64,000 nucleotides of DNA from the NCBI RefSeq assembly GCF_032482015.1, contig NZ_JAWERR010000004.1; one strand, 5' to 3'. Each line of letters opens with the position of its first letter. Within the stretch, counting starts at the first letter, position 1. Below the pieces are notes generated by a model, which searched no databases, was not told the DNA's origin, and saw only the letters and a list, made by a program, of their open reading frames with translations. Origin of the DNA: Finegoldia magna (lineage in GTDB: Bacteria; Bacillota; Clostridia; Tissierellales; Peptoniphilaceae). The position numbers and the translations under genes were made by a program. Positions 8,969 through 17,333 of this stretch are shown here, piece by piece.

Positions 8969-10720
8969 TTAGTTTAAGATTCTTCTTGCTGTTACAAATG
9001 TATTTGAGTAATAGTTTGAGTCAATGTCTGAAATAATTACACCTGTTGATGGTGTAGAAGCATGAATCATTTTTCCATTACCAACATAAATCCCAACGTG
9101 AGAAATATTTCCTGAACCATTTGTACTAAAAAATAACAAATCTCCTTGTTTTAAATTGCTTTTACTTACAGGATATCCATTATTTGATTGTGCAGCTGAA
9201 TTTCTATAAAGAGAAATACCGCAAACTTTATTATATAAATAACTAGTTAATCCAGAGCAATCAAATCCTACTCCTGGTTGTGCAGAACCCCAAACATATC
9301 TTTCTCCTAAATAATTATAAGCTGCTTGAGCTACAGCACTGCCAGAACCACCTTTATTAGATCTTACAACCTTAGAGTTAGAATCTTTTTTGTAAGAATC
9401 TTTAACTTCTGTGTTTTTTGTTTGGTTTGATTCAACTTTACTATCTTGAATATAATTTACAGAAATATATCTTCCTTCAGAAAGTTTTAGCCAATATTTT
9501 CCTTTGATACCACTAACTTTAGTACCTTTTTCTAATACTGAAACTACATTAGAATCCATACTGTATTTATCTCTAACATTAACAGATTCTTTTACATATC
9601 CAGTATAGTTACTTCCTTCAAATTTTATAGAATTTGATTTATTTACTTGTTCTTTGTTCTTTGCTTCTGAAATTTGAAGTTTATCTTTTTGCTTTTCTTC
9701 AATTTTACTATTTTGCAAGTATTTAATACTAATAAAACCATTATTTCCATTTACAGAAGTTTTGAACCATCCATCTTCAACTACACCTTGTACTTTAGTG
9801 TTTTTCTCTAATACACCTAGTTTATTAGAGCTGATTGATTTTTCACTTCTTATATATACTGGAGATTTTACCCACATATCTACTGACTTTTCAGCAGAAT
9901 TTGATTTTACTTTTTTAACTTCAGGATTATTTTTTGAAACTTGTTTTTTAGTTTCAGAAACTGCTTTTTTATTTGATTTTTCATTCGTCAAGAAGTCTTT
10001 ACTTACGTATGCTTCTTTGTTTTTATAGCTTATTTTTGCCCACGATTTATTGCTATCATCTTTAACAACAACTTTAGTATCTTTTGGTAAAACACCTATT
10101 GCTTCAGATTCTTTATCTGCTTGTTCTCTTACAAATAAATCACCTGTCGTAGATTTTGTTATATTTGAATAAATCTTTTCTTCTTCATTTTCAGAATTTC
10201 TTGAAAGAGTTAATGAAGCAACTTCAGATTTTTCTTTCTTTAAGCTTGATTTTGAATTCTTATTATCTTCTGAAATTTTCCCAACATTTGCAGTAGATAA
10301 TTCTACTTTTTTAGCTTCATCTTTTTTTGTATCTACTTTTTCACTATTTTGTTTGTATGTAGAAACGTTATTATCAATAGAAGCTTTTAATTCTTGCTTA
10401 TTCTCTTTAACTTCTTTTACTTCAGAATTAATTTCTTCTTCAGATTCTTTAGATATAGTTCTTGTGGAATCATTTAATACATTTCTTACTTGTGAATTTC
10501 TTATTTCATTAAGAGCTTTCTCTTTTTCTTCTTTTTCAGCATTTGGAGCCAATAAATCATTGCTTTTTATTGCAACTGAATATTTAGAATCATTTGATTG
10601 ATTAGACTCAATATTATTGTCTCCGATTAAAGTTGTGGAACTTAAATAAGGCGATACAAAAGTTCCTACAGCTATGACTGAAGCCAATCCGATAGATAAG
10701 CCAAGTCCTTTTTTGTTCAT
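8969..10720 (-). CDS. secreted NlpC/P60 cell-wall endopeptidase with three SH3b-like repeats
   Basis: 583 aa. Signal/TM N-terminus, K/E/S/N-rich linkers, and 3 repeats (GVLPKDTKV.., GVLEKNTKV.., SVLEKGTKV..). C-terminal catalytic GFDCSGL...HVGIYVGNGKMIHAS. Confidence 0.9.
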   Translation of the reverse strand: MNKKGLGLSIGLASVIAVGTFVSPYLSSTTLIGDNNIESNQSNDSKYSVAIKSNDLLAPNAEKEEKEKALNEIRNSQVRNVLNDSTRTISKESEEEINSEVKEVKENKQELKASIDNNVSTYKQNSEKVDTKKDEAKKVELSTANVGKISEDNKNSKSSLKKEKSEVASLTLSRNSENEEEKIYSNITKSTTGDLFVREQADKESEAIGVLPKDTKVVVKDDSNKSWAKISYKNKEAYVSKDFLTNEKSNKKAVSETKKQVSKNNPEVKKVKSNSAEKSVDMWVKSPVYIRSEKSISSNKLGVLEKNTKVQGVVEDGWFKTSVNGNNGFISIKYLQNSKIEEKQKDKLQISEAKNKEQVNKSNSIKFEGSNYTGYVKESVNVRDKYSMDSNVVSVLEKGTKVSGIKGKYWLKLSEGRYISVNYIQDSKVESNQTKNTEVKDSYKKDSNSKVVRSNKGGSGSAVAQAAYNYLGERYVWGSAQPGVGFDCSGLTSYLYNKVCGISLYRNSAAQSNNGYPVSKSNLKQGDLLFFSTNGSGNISHVGIYVGNGKMIHASTPSTGVIISDIDSNYYSNTFVTARRILN

Positions 10721-10750
10721 ATTAACTTCCTCCTAATACATCCTAAGATA

Positions 10751-10779
10751 ATATTAAAAGAATAAAAAAAATATGTCAA
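10751..10779 (-). promoter_or_regulatory. sigma-A type promoter of the NlpC/P60 gene
   Basis: Minus strand TTGACA (10779..10774), 17 nt spacer, TAATAT (10756..10751). Confidence 0.55.
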
Positions 10780-10900
10780 GTAAATTCAACAAAAAAGTTA
10801 CAAATAAGTTTCAAAAAAGTAATAATTGTAACATTTTTGTCATAATTTCTGATTACTTCTACTTTTATATAAGATATCATAAAAAAGTTTATTACAAGAA

Positions 10901-10932
10901 AAAATCTATTCATATCATGATGAATAGATTTT
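10901..10932 (-). terminator. intrinsic terminator after frr
   Basis: 13-bp perfect stem AAAATCTATTCAT / ATGAATAGATTTT with a 6-nt loop, 18 nt after the frr stop. Confidence 0.75.
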
Positions 10933-10949
10933 AAATTAAATATTACGAT

Positions 10950-11507
10950 TTAGATTTCCATTAATTCTGTTTCTTTATCTGTAACAATATTGTCAATTTC
11001 TTTTGTCAACTTATCTGTTAAAGTTTGAATATCATCTAATAATGCGTGTAACTCATCTTCAGATATTTCAGCATTCTTTTCCATTTTTTTTGCATCGTCA
11101 ACAAAATCTCTCCTGATAGATCTTATAGTGACTTTTGATTTTTCCCCATATTCCTTTACTACTTTTGTCAATTCTTTTCTTCTATCTTCAGTTAATTGTG
11201 GGAATGGTAATCTTATAATACTTCCATCATTTGAGGGAGTAATTCCCAAATTAGATGCTTGAAGTTGCTTTTCAATTTCTTTCATGATTGATTTATCCCA
11301 TGGTTGAATTGTAAGTAATCTAGCTTCTGGAGCAGAAATAGTAGCAACTTGTTTTAAAGGTGTTGAAGTACCATAATAATCTACCATAATATTATCCAAT
11401 ATGCTAGGATTAGCACGTCCAGCTCTTACTGTTTTTAAATCTTCCCTTAATGCATGCAACGTTTTATCAGCTTTTGTTTCCATATCTTTTAAAATTTGTT
11501 TACTCAT
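10950..11507 (-). CDS. frr: ribosome recycling factor
   Basis: 185 aa. Typical RRF sequence (LREDLKTVRAGRANPSILD...). Confidence 0.95.
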   Translation of the reverse strand: MSKQILKDMETKADKTLHALREDLKTVRAGRANPSILDNIMVDYYGTSTPLKQVATISAPEARLLTIQPWDKSIMKEIEKQLQASNLGITPSNDGSIIRLPFPQLTEDRRKELTKVVKEYGEKSKVTIRSIRRDFVDDAKKMEKNAEISEDELHALLDDIQTLTDKLTKEIDNIVTDKETELMEI

Positions 11508-12220
11508 TATTTATCCCCCTCAACAATTGTTCCAATATTTTCTCCATGAGAAACTCTAATTATATTTTTAGGATCATCAATACCAAATACAACTAATCCC
11601 ATATTATTTTCCATGCAAAGTGATGTCGCAGTTGCATCCATTATACCTAGACCTTTGTTTAAAATATCAATATAAGTAAGTTTATCATATTTGATTGCAT
11701 CTTTGTTTTTATTAGGATCAGAATCGTATATACCATCTGTCCCTCTTTTACCTGCTAAAATAACATCAGCGTTAATTTCCACTGCCCTTAATGCAGCTGT
11801 TGTATCTGTAGAAAAATATGGTAATCCTGTTCCTGCAGCAAAGATTACAATCCTACCTTTTTCAATATGTCTTATTGCCCTTCTTCTAATATAAGGTTCT
11901 GCAACTTGCTTCATATCAATTGCTGTTTGTACTCTTGTTTGAATACCTTTTGCTTCCAATGATGCTTGCAATCTCAAAGCATTGATTGTCGTTCCTAACA
12001 TGCCCATTGAATCCGATGTAGCTCTATCAATTTTAGATGATCTTCCTCTCCAGAAATTTCCACCACCTACAACAATTGCAATTTCCAATCCTTCCTCGTG
12101 AACGGATTTTATAGAATCGCAGATATTTTCTATAATATCATCGTCTAATCCATGTCCTTGATCACCACTTAAAGCTTCGCCACTTAATTTTAGTAGAACT
12201 CTTTTATATTTTAAACTCAA
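11507..12220 (-). CDS. pyrH: UMP kinase
   Basis: 237 aa. [25 protein letters not shown] start 10 nt after GGAGGA. 1-nt overlap with frr. Confidence 0.95.
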   Translation of the reverse strand: MSLKYKRVLLKLSGEALSGDQGHGLDDDIIENICDSIKSVHEEGLEIAIVVGGGNFWRGRSSKIDRATSDSMGMLGTTINALRLQASLEAKGIQTRVQTAIDMKQVAEPYIRRRAIRHIEKGRIVIFAAGTGLPYFSTDTTAALRAVEINADVILAGKRGTDGIYDSDPNKNKDAIKYDKLTYIDILNKGLGIMDATATSLCMENNMGLVVFGIDDPKNIIRVSHGENIGTIVEGDK

Positions 12221-12258
12221 AATTTCCTCCTAATTAATAATAAGGTTTTCTTTAATTA

Positions 12259-12287
12259 ATCATACCAAATTAGCATTTTAAAATCAA
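12259..12287 (-). promoter_or_regulatory. sigma-A type promoter of pyrH-frr
   Basis: Minus strand TTGATT (12287..12282), 17 nt spacer, TGgTATGAT (extended -10, hexamer 12264..12259). Confidence 0.5.
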
Positions 12288-12304
12288 TATGATATTATGT
12301 ATAA

Positions 12305-12333
12305 TAAAAAAAGCTGCAATATGAAATTGCAGC
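12305..12333 (-). terminator. intrinsic terminator after tsf
   Basis: GCTGCAAT / ATTGCAGC stem, 5-nt loop, followed on the minus strand by 8 T. Confidence 0.8.
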
Positions 12334-12341
12334 AATAATTT

Positions 12342-13016
12342 TTATTGACCCATTTGTTTTTTTACTTCTTCAGCAAAATCTTCGTTTTTCTTTTCTAAAC
12401 CTTCGCCAACTTCAAATCTAGCAAATCTACGAATTTTAATGTTTTCACCTATTTTTGCAATTAAATCTGTTAATAATTCTTCTACAGATTTATTAGGATC
12501 TTTAATGAATGGTTGTTCTAATAGACAAATTTGTGAGTAGAATTTGTTAATTCTTCCTTCAACTTTCTTTTCAGCAATCATTTTTGCTTTGTCTTCAGGA
12601 ATATTTTTTCCATCGTTTTCGTTCATAGCTTGATGAACTAATACTTCTTTTTCTTTTTCTACTTCTTCAGCTGGTACTTCATCACGACTTACATATTTTG
12701 GATTTGATGCTACAACTTGCATTGCTATATCTTTTGCGAAGTTTTTGAATTCTTCATTTTTTGCAACAAAGTCTGTTTCACTATTAATTTCAACTAAAGC
12801 AGCAATTTTCCCACCGTGAATATATGTTTCAACAATACCTTCAGATGCTAATCTTCCAGCTTTCTTTTCTGCTCCTGCAAGTCCTTTTTCTCTCAAAAGC
12901 TCAACTGCTTTTTCAATATTTCCATCTGCTTCAGATAGGACTTTCTTACAGTCCATCATTCCTGCGCCAGTTTTTTCTCTTAATTCTTTTACCATACTAG
13001 CAGTAATTTGTGCCAT
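12342..13016 (-). CDS. tsf: translation elongation factor Ts (short form)
   Basis: 224 aa. N-terminal UBA-like VKELREKTGAGMMDCKK, and EINSETDFVAKN. Confidence 0.95.
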   Translation of the reverse strand: MAQITASMVKELREKTGAGMMDCKKVLSEADGNIEKAVELLREKGLAGAEKKAGRLASEGIVETYIHGGKIAALVEINSETDFVAKNEEFKNFAKDIAMQVVASNPKYVSRDEVPAEEVEKEKEVLVHQAMNENDGKNIPEDKAKMIAEKKVEGRINKFYSQICLLEQPFIKDPNKSVEELLTDLIAKIGENIKIRRFARFEVGEGLEKKNEDFAEEVKKQMGQ

Positions 13017-13094
13017 TTTATTACCTCCAATTAAATTAAAAAGCGACTGTCAAACAATTATTTAATTTTCAGTTTAACCGTCGCTTATTTTTTA

Positions 13095-13907
13095 TTATTC
13101 TTCGTCTGATTGTTCTTCAGAATTTTCAACAAATTCTTTTAAATCTTCTTCTGATACTGATTCTTCGTTTTCAGATTCTTCTGTATCATTTTCAGTTTCA
13201 GAATAAACTTCTTCTGAATCTTCACGACCTTGATTTGCTTCAATAACAGCATCAGCAATTGTAGAAGTTAAAAGCTTAACTGCTCTAATTGCATCATCAT
13301 TACCAGGAATAGCAATATCTAATTCATCTGGATCACAGTTAGTATCTACGATACCTACTACTGGTATTCCTAATATTTTTGCTTCGTGAACAGCAATGTA
13401 TTCTTTTTTAGGATCAACTACAAAAAGTACACTTGGCATTTTAGTCATTTTTCTAATACCACCAAGGTTTTTTTCTAGTTTTTCTCTTTCTCTTTCTAAT
13501 TGGCTAACTTCTTTTTTAGGTAAAAGATCGAAAGTTCCATCTTCTTCCATTTCATATAATTGGTGAAGTCTATTAATTCTTGTTTTGATAGTTTTGTAGT
13601 TTGTTAACATACCACCTAACCATCTTTGGCTAACATAATGTTGTCCACATCTTTTAGCTTCTGTTTCGATTGCTTCTTGAGCTTGTTTTTTTGTTCCTAC
13701 GAAAAGAACTTCTCCACCATCTGCAACGATGTCTCTAACATAATTGTAAGCATCATCAATTTGTTTTACAGTTTTTTGAAGATCTATAATATAGATTCCA
13801 TTTCTTTCTGTAAATATAAATTTTGACATTTTTGGGTTCCATCTTCTTGTTTGATGTCCAAAGTGAACCCCAGCTTCTAACAATGATTTCATTGATACTA
13901 CTGACAT
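13095..13907 (-). CDS. rpsB: 30S ribosomal protein S2 with acidic C-terminal extension
   Basis: 270 aa. [19 protein letters not shown]. About 40 residues of E/D/S-rich tail. Confidence 0.95.
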   Translation of the reverse strand: MSVVSMKSLLEAGVHFGHQTRRWNPKMSKFIFTERNGIYIIDLQKTVKQIDDAYNYVRDIVADGGEVLFVGTKKQAQEAIETEAKRCGQHYVSQRWLGGMLTNYKTIKTRINRLHQLYEMEEDGTFDLLPKKEVSQLEREREKLEKNLGGIRKMTKMPSVLFVVDPKKEYIAVHEAKILGIPVVGIVDTNCDPDELDIAIPGNDDAIRAVKLLTSTIADAVIEANQGREDSEEVYSETENDTEESENEESVSEEDLKEFVENSEEQSDEE

Positions 13908-14002
13908 TTTTCTACCTCCGTTTTTTCCTCCAGACGACTCATCTACAAATGCGACAATTAAGCAACTGCATCTGTATCATCGACTGTGTGTTTTACCTTA
14001 AA

Positions 14003-14031
14003 AGTATATCATATATATTTTTATTTTTCAA
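14003..14031 (-). promoter_or_regulatory. sigma-A type promoter of rpsB-tsf (overlaps the topA stop)
   Basis: Minus strand TTGAAA (14031..14026), 17 nt spacer, TATACT (14008..14003). Predicts a 5' UTR of roughly 85-90 nt. Confidence 0.55.
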
Positions 14032-16087
14032 GCTTTTTATAATCACATTTTTCATTAGAACATAGAATGGATTCTCCTCGCCTATTTTTTCTATGAACTA
14101 GCAAACTACCGCATTCAGGACATTTTTCACCTGTAGGCTTGTCCCATAAAGCAAAGTCGCAATTCGGATAATTTTCACATCCATAAAAAACTTTACCTCT
14201 TTTTGATACTTTCTCGACTATTCTGTGACCACATTTTGGGCATTTTACTTTTGTATCTTTTACAATAGTTTCAGTATATTTGCAATCAGGAAAAGCACTG
14301 CAGCCAATAAACTTTCCATTTCTTCCATGTTTTATAACTAACTCGCTGCCACATTCTGGGCATTTTCTTCCAATTGGTTCGTCTTTAACTTTAAATTTAT
14401 CTTGTGCATTTTTTGCATTGACTAAATCTTCATTAAATCCATCATAAAAATCTCTTATTACTTTTTTCCATTCTACGTCGTTTTCAGCAATATTATCTAA
14501 TTCATTCTCCATTTCAGCAGTGAATTTTTCATTAATAATTGAATCAAAATATTTAACTACAAATTCACAAACTTTTTCTCCGATTTCTGTTGTATAAAAT
14601 TTTTTCTCTTTTAATTCAACATAATTTCTAGACAAAATACTGCTTATAATTGATGCATAGGTGCTTGGCCTACCAATGCCATCTTCTTCAAGTGTTTTTA
14701 CAAGGCTTGCTTCTGTGTATCTAGGTTTTGGTTTAGTAAAATGTTGTTTTGATTCTATTTCTTTTGAATTTATAGATTCTTTTTCCTTTAATTCAGGCAA
14801 TTCGCTATCTTTAGTATTTAATGAATATACTCTTGTAAAACCATCATAAATCACCACGTTACCATTAGATCTAAAAGTATAACCATTGTTATCAAAATCT
14901 ATTGATGTAGATAGATATCGTGCATCTTTCATTTGACTAGCAACAGTTCTTTCCCAAATCAATTTATATAATTTATACTGATCATCAGTCAAATATTTTT
15001 TAATTTCATTCGGTCTTCTTTTTACTGATGAAGGTCTAATACCTTCGTGGGCATCTTGTGATCCTTTTTTCTTTTTAGAATAATCATAACCTTTTGTTGC
15101 GTATTGTTTTCCGTATAGATCATTAATAATATCTAGGCAATCACTCACGCAAACATGAGAAATTCTTGTTGAGTCAGTTCTCATATAAGTAATCAAACCT
15201 ACTGACCCTTCGCTACCCAAACTAATTCCTTCATACAACTGTTGAGCTATTCTCATGGTTTTAGAAGTTTGAAAATACAACTTTTTATAGGCTTCTTGTT
15301 GAAGTGTAGATGTTGTAAATGGAGCGTAAGGTTTCCTAGATTTTTTTTGTTGCTTAATAGAATCTACAACAAATTTCTCAGATAAATCATGTAAAATTTT
15401 ATCAGCTTCATCTTTGTTTTTTATCTCGATTTTATTAGATTTATCGGTTTTTGAATAATATAGCTCAGAATCAAATTCCAATTTATCTTTTGATAAGTTT
15501 GCATGAATAGACCAGTATTCTTCTGGTTCAAACTCTCTTATCTCTTTTTCTCTTTCACAAATTAGTCTTAATGCTACAGACTGTACTCTACCTGCACTTA
15601 GTCCAGATTTAACTTTTTTCCACAATAATGGAGAAATGCTATAACCTACTATACGATCCAAAACCCTTCTTGCTTGTTGAGCATCTACCAATTTTAAATC
15701 GATAGCTTCAGGTTTTTTTATTGCTTCTTTTACAGAGTCTTTAGTTATCTCTTGGAATTTTACTCTATTTTCTTCCTCTGGATTTATACCTAATAAATAG
15801 CACAAATGCCAAGAAATAGCTTCTCCTTCCCTATCAGGGTCGGTTGCCAAGAATATTTTTTGAGAATTTTTGTAATTTTTTTTTAAAGAATTGATTACAC
15901 TGGCCTTACCACGCACATTAATATATTGTGGTTCGAAATCATTCTCTATATCTATGCCTAGTTTACTTTTTGGTAAATCTCTTAAATGACCAATTGTAGC
16001 TACAACTTTATATCCTGACCCTAACATTTTTTGAATTGTCTTTGCTTTAGTTGGAGATTCCACTACCACTAGCTTTTTGTTTGCCAT
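14021..16087 (-). CDS. topA: DNA topoisomerase I
   Basis: 688 aa. Toprim N-terminus (VVESPTKAKTI, DPDREGE), active-site region YMRTDS, and three C-terminal CxxC...CxxC zinc ribbons. Confidence 0.96.
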   Translation of the reverse strand: MANKKLVVVESPTKAKTIQKMLGSGYKVVATIGHLRDLPKSKLGIDIENDFEPQYINVRGKASVINSLKKNYKNSQKIFLATDPDREGEAISWHLCYLLGINPEEENRVKFQEITKDSVKEAIKKPEAIDLKLVDAQQARRVLDRIVGYSISPLLWKKVKSGLSAGRVQSVALRLICEREKEIREFEPEEYWSIHANLSKDKLEFDSELYYSKTDKSNKIEIKNKDEADKILHDLSEKFVVDSIKQQKKSRKPYAPFTTSTLQQEAYKKLYFQTSKTMRIAQQLYEGISLGSEGSVGLITYMRTDSTRISHVCVSDCLDIINDLYGKQYATKGYDYSKKKKGSQDAHEGIRPSSVKRRPNEIKKYLTDDQYKLYKLIWERTVASQMKDARYLSTSIDFDNNGYTFRSNGNVVIYDGFTRVYSLNTKDSELPELKEKESINSKEIESKQHFTKPKPRYTEASLVKTLEEDGIGRPSTYASIISSILSRNYVELKEKKFYTTEIGEKVCEFVVKYFDSIINEKFTAEMENELDNIAENDVEWKKVIRDFYDGFNEDLVNAKNAQDKFKVKDEPIGRKCPECGSELVIKHGRNGKFIGCSAFPDCKYTETIVKDTKVKCPKCGHRIVEKVSKRGKVFYGCENYPNCDFALWDKPTGEKCPECGSLLVHRKNRRGESILCSNEKCDYKKLEK

Positions 16088-16106
16088 TAAAAGTCTATCC
16101 TTTCTG

Positions 16107-16649
16107 TTAACTTTCTTGTAATTTAGATCTTAGTTCACTTATAGATTTAGTTGAAATTTGATCTTTATTTATTCCTAATTTATTTATTATCTCATTTAAA
16201 TGTTCTTCATCTTTGACTTCAATTTCCAAATATGGATACGGATAAAAATCTTTATCCCAGCAATCAAAATCTAGTCTTGCATCCATAAACTCAAAAGATT
16301 TTCTTTCTTTCTTAGATGAAGATTGCTTATCCAATTTAACAAATTTTAATATTTGTTTCAAGTTTTCTTCGCTATCAAACTCTATAGTATATTCATCATA
16401 ATGTCTAACGTTTGTATCATTAACTCTCTTCTTGTAAGTAAGAAATTTCTTGTTTTCATTATTAAAAATATCTTTTGAAATTCTAATTCTAAGATAATCA
16501 CTACTATCAATTAAATCAAAATCATTAGATTCAATTAGAATATTTTCTTGAATTTCATGAGATATCATTTTAGCTCCCATTTCAACAGCTTTATCCATCA
16601 AACCATTAAAATCATCAGTAAATACCTTACATTCTAATTCTTTTTCCAT
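16107..16649 (-). CDS. CYTH-domain protein (triphosphate tunnel metalloenzyme / class IV adenylate cyclase-like)
   Basis: 180 aa. N-terminal ELECKV (ExExK), YLRIR and C-terminal LEIEV strands typical of the CYTH tunnel. Starts 1 nt after the upstream gene. Confidence 0.7.
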   Translation of the reverse strand: MEKELECKVFTDDFNGLMDKAVEMGAKMISHEIQENILIESNDFDLIDSSDYLRIRISKDIFNNENKKFLTYKKRVNDTNVRHYDEYTIEFDSEENLKQILKFVKLDKQSSSKKERKSFEFMDARLDFDCWDKDFYPYPYLEIEVKDEEHLNEIINKLGINKDQISTKSISELRSKLQES

Positions 16650-16650
16650 A

Positions 16651-17331
16651 TTATTCCCTAATTTTCTTAACTTTAAAATCTATATAATCCGAAGACACAC
16701 AATGTACATGTATTCCATCTATTGTTCCTTCGACGACATTTTGATGTCCATATCCGTGCAAATGTCCATATATTAAATCTGTAACATTATAATTTTTCAA
16801 ACAATTAAACAACGCATTAGGTTGTTTATTGATATCAAAAGGTGGATAATGAAGCATCATAATAATATCGTTGTTATTTCGGACACTTTCTAAACTCATA
16901 TTCACTCTCAAAATTTCTCTTTGAAAAATCTTTTCATCTTTTTCTGTAGCTTCTTTGCTAGTTGGATCAAGCCATCCTCGTGATCCACATATATTGATAT
17001 TTCCTAAGTCCAATGAATCATTTTGAATAAAATTAATAGATTCTAAATCTAATTTTCTTAATTTGCTTATACCAGACCACCAATAATCATGGTTACCTCT
17101 AGTTAAAATCTTTCTGCCCGGACTCTTATCGATTCTTTTCAAATCCACAAAAGCATCATCTAGTTGCATTGCCCAGGAAATATCTCCTGGAATAAGTATA
17201 ATGTCTTCTTCATTTAATCTTTCTAGATTACGAAATATCTTTTCTTCATAATTATCCCAATTATCACCGAATACATCCATTGATTTTTCTTTTGTATAAT
17301 CTAGATGTAAATCACCCATTGCATATATCAT
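16651..17331 (-). CDS. calcineurin-like metallophosphoesterase
   Basis: 226 aa. All five motifs are present: GDLHLD, GDISW, GNHDYW, HYPP, GHLHG. Confidence 0.85.
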   Translation of the reverse strand: MIYAMGDLHLDYTKEKSMDVFGDNWDNYEEKIFRNLERLNEEDIILIPGDISWAMQLDDAFVDLKRIDKSPGRKILTRGNHDYWWSGISKLRKLDLESINFIQNDSLDLGNINICGSRGWLDPTSKEATEKDEKIFQREILRVNMSLESVRNNNDIIMMLHYPPFDINKQPNALFNCLKNYNVTDLIYGHLHGYGHQNVVEGTIDGIHVHCVSSDYIDFKVKKIRE

Positions 17332-17333
17332 AT

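Noticed and set aside
10721-10949. Possible c-di-AMP (ydaO-type) or other riboswitch upstream of the NlpC/P60 gene, and a 53-codon plus-strand ORF at 10772..10933
   Set aside because: The promoter (10751..10779) leaves only about 30 nt of 5' UTR. The remaining spacer is featureless AT-rich DNA plus the frr terminator. The small ORF has no SD and reads through the terminator hairpin.
13017-13094. Hairpin between rpsB and tsf (AAGCGAC...GTCGCTT with a long interior loop) as a regulatory attenuator
   Set aside because: The stem is short, the loop is long, and the following T-tract is weak. It may modulate rpsB/tsf stoichiometry, but the sequence evidence alone is too thin to call.
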